Source: Anthoceros angustus (taxonomy: Eukaryota; Plantae; Anthocerotophyta). Taken from it: a DNA stretch of 64,000 nucleotides. The stretch is from NCBI GenBank assembly GCA_010909165.1, contig MU008173.1, forward strand, positions 682,001-746,000. The letters are read 5' to 3'. Below are positions 59,401-64,000 of the stretch, piece by piece; the stretch's first letter is position 1, and every line of letters begins with the position of its first letter. The notes under the pieces were generated by a model that saw only the letters and a program-made list of their open reading frames with translations, was not told where the DNA came from and searched no databases. A program made the translations under genes and the position numbers.

Positions 59401-62228
59401 TGACAGCGGTTGCTAAGGAAGGAGAGCGGGGCGACAGCAGTGAAGAGGGTGAGCCAGGATCATTCGATTCACCTCGAGGACCTATTTAGGGAGTGGGGAT
59501 GAGGGAAGAGGACCTCGTGAACCGGAGGAAGGGTTTGGTGAGAGTTCGACCCGTGGAGCGAGAATGGGTACAAGCGACGAGATTAAGGATGTGGAGGTGT
59601 TCGGAAGGTGCTGAAGTTTGCACGACCTGGAACCAGCGTTGGAAGAAGGAATGAAACAGCTCCTCCGAGTTCATCGACGTGTTTGCCTTCGAGGTGATGA
59701 TATGAAGGGATTCCCAAGAAGTGGGGAGCATAGGATCGATTTGGAGCCGTGGAGCGACTCCGAATTCCCAATACAAGCTGAACCCAAAGTACTCATCAAG
59801 GTGAAGGAGCAGCTTGAATTGTACTTGAAGGCGACGCCATCTATCCAATCGTCAACACGGAGTGGGTGGCTCCAATTGGTGGTTCAAGAAGCACCGGAAA
59901 GATTCGAGTATGCCAAGACCGGAGGAAGCTCAACAAAGCAACCAAGAAGGACCATTTCCGCCATTCATCGACAACATCCCGGATTTGGTGGTCGGAAGAT
60001 GTGTACTGCTCTTGACGCACTGGGTACAATCACTGCACTTGAGGAGAGTGACCTCTAACAGCCTTCACAACGGATTGGGGACCTTCGCCACAAGAGGAGT
60101 GCGTCGGATTGACGGAGTGTTCCTTCATGCGAGCATGGTTGAGATCTTCAAGGAGTATCTCCACAAGTTCATGGAGGTATTCCTAGATGATTTTGTGTGT
60201 TTGGGAGTGTGGAGGAGCACCGGATCACTTGGCGTTTGGCGAGGTGTCGTGAAACTCAACTTTGCCTACATCCCGAGAAATGCTACTTTGGCATGCGGAG
60301 GGATTTTGTTGGGGCATGAATTTCAAAGACGGGCATCAAGTTGATCCGCATAAGGTGAAGATGATTGTTGCCCGAAGCCCAACAACTCTCAAGGAACTCC
60401 GGGGTTCCTTGGCATGGTGGGCTACGACGCTTTGTGCCTAACTTTGCTAGAGGGCCACCGACCAGCTTGTTGAGGAAGGACCAAGAGTGGACCGACAAAT
60501 GAGAGGGAGGCAGATTTCAAGATTTGAGGACCACGTGGTAATCAACCCTCAAGGGACCGGATTGGAACAAGAAGTTCCATGTTTACGTGATGTTTCCGCC
60601 GCCATTGGTACGCCTTGAGCCGCCGGATGACAAGAAGAGGGACTACCCGATCTACTACGCAGGACGAACTCACCGATGCGGAGCGCAAGTACACAACAAT
60701 CGAAAGGGAAGCCCTTGGGATGGTGTATTCAAGAAGAAAGTTTCGCCATTATCTCCTCTCCTATGAGTTTGTGTTCCATGTTGACCATTTTGCTCTCAAG
60801 CATCTTGTCAACAAGGCGGATCTTCGGTCGATAGCTCGCTGGATCTTATCAAGAGTTCACATTCACGGTGGAGACACGTGAGGGAGAAGCATGTGAACGA
60901 CTACTTGTCTCGCTGAAGACGGAGAAGGTGGAGCGTGATCAAGAAGATCATTTTCGGATGAAGCTTTGGAGGAGGATGAGGAGAGTGCTAATGCCAAGTT
61001 GATCGAAACGGAGGTACAGCCAAATGAGAAGGGAGGGAGAAGTTCAGCCATATGAGGAGGTCTTTCGCTTTTAGCAATGTGTCGATACCAATGATCACAC
61101 AACAAAGAGAGGTTGTTCCTATACTTCTCCGCACTGTTAAGCGACAAGATGCATGGTAGGCCGATGGAGTTGAGAGGTTGTGGGTCAAGGATGGTCAAAA
61201 GGACCGGGTTCTCGCCTTGCATGATGAGGAGGAGGTGAGGTCACTACGCGCCAACGTGACTGTAAGAAGATCTTGGAGGCAGGTATTGGCCAACCTTGCA
61301 CTAGATGCTAGGGAGTTCATCTGCCAGGATGCATGTCAAAGGGTTGAAGCCAACCAGACCACAGGGCCATTGGTCCCTATCCTAGCCTTGGCGCCTTTGA
61401 GAAGTGGGGATTGACTCAGATTCAACCCAAGACCAAGGGAGCCAATCAATATATTCGTAGCAACGGACCACCGCACTGCATGGTGGAAGCTCAAGCCTTG
61501 CCCGTGGACAGAAATGTGGTGGCTGTGTTCTTGTTTGAGTACATCACAAGGTACGGTGCCCGCTGGAGTTGGTTAGCTGGGTACCCATTTCATCAACGAG
61601 GTGATCTCACACATGGTGAAGTATTTCAACATCAGCCACAGGAAGACCACCCCTACAACCCCAAGGCGAATGGACTCACGAGAAAGCTAATGGATTGCTT
61701 TGCAGATCCTCAAGTTAACCATCACTACACTACGATTGGGGACCAAGCTTCACTCACTGCCAGGGGCGACAGGACAGCGGAGAAGGTGACCACACAACAG
61801 ACCCCCTACTACCTCACCTATGGGCATCACCACCATGCCCATTGAGTTTGAAGTGCCAACGAGAGTCCAAGAGCATAAGAGGATGACGGTGGAGGAGAGC
61901 CATTGGAGAGGCTCATAGGCTTTGTTCAGACATGGAGACAGGAACAAGCCTTGGCAGCCCCTGTAACGCCCAAGGAAGAGGAAGGAATGGCATGACCTAA
62001 GTCGCAAAAACAAGAGTACGTTGTTCCGGGACTTGGCGTTGCTGTATGACACAGTACATGCACTGGAAGTCGTGCATCTTAGATGGATGGGTCCCTGCTG
62101 TGGTGCCGCAAGTGTTCGACAATGGATCCATACAAGCGAACTTGATGGATTTCGCTACAACTGTGGTCAATGGTTGGCGGAAGAAGTATTAATAAGTTGG
62201 CGGGACGCCAACAAATGAGAAGGGAGTA

Positions 62229-64000
62229 TGTGGTGACCACATGGGTACTCGACCCCCCCAAAAGGAGTGTTTTTTTGTTTTGTGTTTAAGTTGTGAGAAT
62301 CGTGTGGAGTTGGAATGTGAAGTAGGTTAGGAAATAAGAAAAGTCTACTAGAGCCTAGTAGGAGGAAGAGAGTCTAGTCCCGATCCCGGATGTAACCTTG
62401 GAGGGTTCCGGCCGTAAGGGATGCTAGGGCCGCACAGACTCGGGATGACAAGAACCGACTGGAGCCTCGCTATGGTAGCAACCAAGTCGGAGTTATTTTC
62501 CGATAAATCGAAAACCAATTGAGCAAATCATTGGAAATACAACGGAAGTAACGGGGGGTCCTAGCATTAAGTCCAACAAGGGAAGGAGGAATATTTGCGT
62601 GAAGGCGCGAGCACCAAGCTCGGAGCGGGACGAGACCGAGCGAACGGGAAACGGGCGGGCACTGGAGTCGCGAGGAAGCGCGACGAGCGCAAGAAGGCAA
62701 TCGTGGATGGCAGTCCGGATGCGGCGGAAGCAGAAGCAGGCGGGCGAGCGGCAGGCAGGCTAGGGGAGCCGGAGGCGAACGGCGAGGTGAGGAGCCCGGG
62801 GCGCGTGGCGGGCAATCGGAAGCAAGCGCGAGCCTGGCGTGGTGGAATAATCGGGCCGAGCAGCTCGAGAAGGGCGGCGCCGTGCGCTGGCCGCAAGAAA
62901 AGTGAGAGCGGGTGCGGGGTAAGGGGCCGAGAATTGCGAGGAAGAGGGTGGCGCAGGTAGGTGCTTGGTGGCACGCACCTAAGGGAGCTGCGGATTAAGG
63001 GCGAGACGCACTGTGTCACCGCTCAACCGGTTGGATACTGACTCACATATTTGAGGCGGAAGGCGATGAGCGAGCAAAGGCATGTTGATGAGGGAATTGG
63101 AGTAGGGTTCCAATTCCTGGTGGTGGTGCGCGCGTAGGTCTGTGCGTGTGGTCACGCGAGTCGTGTGGGGACACGGAGATCCAAGCCGAGGCAAGCGACA
63201 GCGTGATGTAGGAGGAGGTTGTGGATTCCACCGGAGAAAAATCGTGGCACGCCACCGTGGAGATGGGAGAGGTAGCGCCCCTAGGGGATCCTTCAGCGCT
63301 GGTAAGAAGAATTTCGGTGAGGAGTCGACCAAAAGGCGACAGAAAAGGCTTGTGGGAAGCATGGCGTGTAGCCGGACACTTTGTGAACTCTAGGCTCGCC
63401 AGTGACAAGGAGCATGGGACCTAAGAAGAACACTCTGGCCATTGAGGCCATTACCATCGCCCAATGGCCCAACATGGGGCAATCGGAGAGTGAAAGCGGT
63501 CTTGGTGGCTACATCATCACTTGTCCTTCATGGACAAAAAGTGGTGCTACAAGAGTAGTTGGTTGGAATGTGCAGGCACATGAGGGAGAAGGCTGGGGAA
63601 GGCAACACCAACCCCGCACTGGAATATTCTTGTTCCAGTGCTGTGAGAGGCCAAGAGGAATGTGGTGGAATAATCATTGATCCTTTCGGAAGCCATCTCT
63701 CAAAAGTCGCAGGAGGCACCGCCATTGCTCCCACATTGTCTAGGGTGGAGAATGGGGTCACCAACAAGTTAGACCCCGAGTGGCCGGATTAGCCAGTGGA
63801 TCCTGCTCTCACTCACTAAGAAGCTAGAGCACATTCGACCATTTTCTTGTCTTTCTATGAGGTGGTGAGAGGGTCCAAGATAGATTGGGCTAGGATGTTC
63901 TATGACACAGATGCGTGGAGAGGGACCACTTGACCCTACCATCACCCAGCCCCTCAGCTCTATCTCCCTTCTTAATCCACATTTTGACCATGCCAAGTTC
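62229..64000 (+). repeat. 3' LTR of the Gypsy element (partial)
   Basis: Colinear with 51747-~53645, for example the shared end tatctcc(c)ttcttaatccacattttgaccatgccaagtt. Confidence 0.9.

Larger units (their letters stand above)
51747..64000 (+). mobile_element. Large Ty3/Gypsy LTR retrotransposon with very long LTRs (runs off the window end)
   Basis: TGTGGTGACCACATGGGTACTC starts at 51747 and again at 62229 after the PPT gagaagggagta. The internal region has a gag with three CCHC-like knuckles (CSTCGQPGHTKSNC etc.), a protease remnant, RT (EVFLDDF), RNase H (AERKYTTIEREALGMVY...KFRHYLL...VDH.ALK) and integrase (YNPKANGL), in Gypsy order with many frameshifts. Confidence 0.9.

Noticed and set aside
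1-64000. rRNA, snRNA or organellar insertions; prokaryotic operon or defence systems
   Set aside because: No recognisable signatures were found. All genes have spliceosomal-type structure or are retroelement-derived.

Overview
Eukaryotic nuclear DNA from a non-seed land plant with flagellated sperm. The hornwort-like assignment is inference from ~100-bp GT-AG introns, flagellar genes, PLS-class PPR relics and plastid NDH and ACCase genes. The first ~27 kb is gene-dense. It holds two DREPP/PCaP1-family genes with identical internal exon sizes (the second carries an N-terminal hydrophobic anchor and lacks the acidic tail), an intronless IFT74, CYB5D1, NdhT/CRRJ, two class-I small HSP genes with heat-shock elements, tRNA-Leu(CAG), a STIG1-like secreted peptide, PPR and MORN3-like relics, and plastid BCCP. 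From ~27.5 kb onward the window is mostly repetitive. An AT-rich block carries an intronless IWS1-like ORF. A degenerate RLE-type (CRE-like) non-LTR retrotransposon is split by a young Copia element (identical 193-bp LTRs with TG..TA ends, CTCAG TSD). A second, minus-strand Copia carries an apparently spliced antisense cargo gene. A large Ty3/Gypsy element has ~4.7-kb LTRs that contain a decayed ORF and clusters of a GTTGCTAAG motif. Two exact-junction tandem duplications (~867 bp and ~1470 bp) whose copies differ by scattered small indels look like long-read assembly artefacts, and homopolymer-type frameshifts throughout mean many pseudogene calls need read-level confirmation. All family assignments come from recognised motifs, not from database searches.
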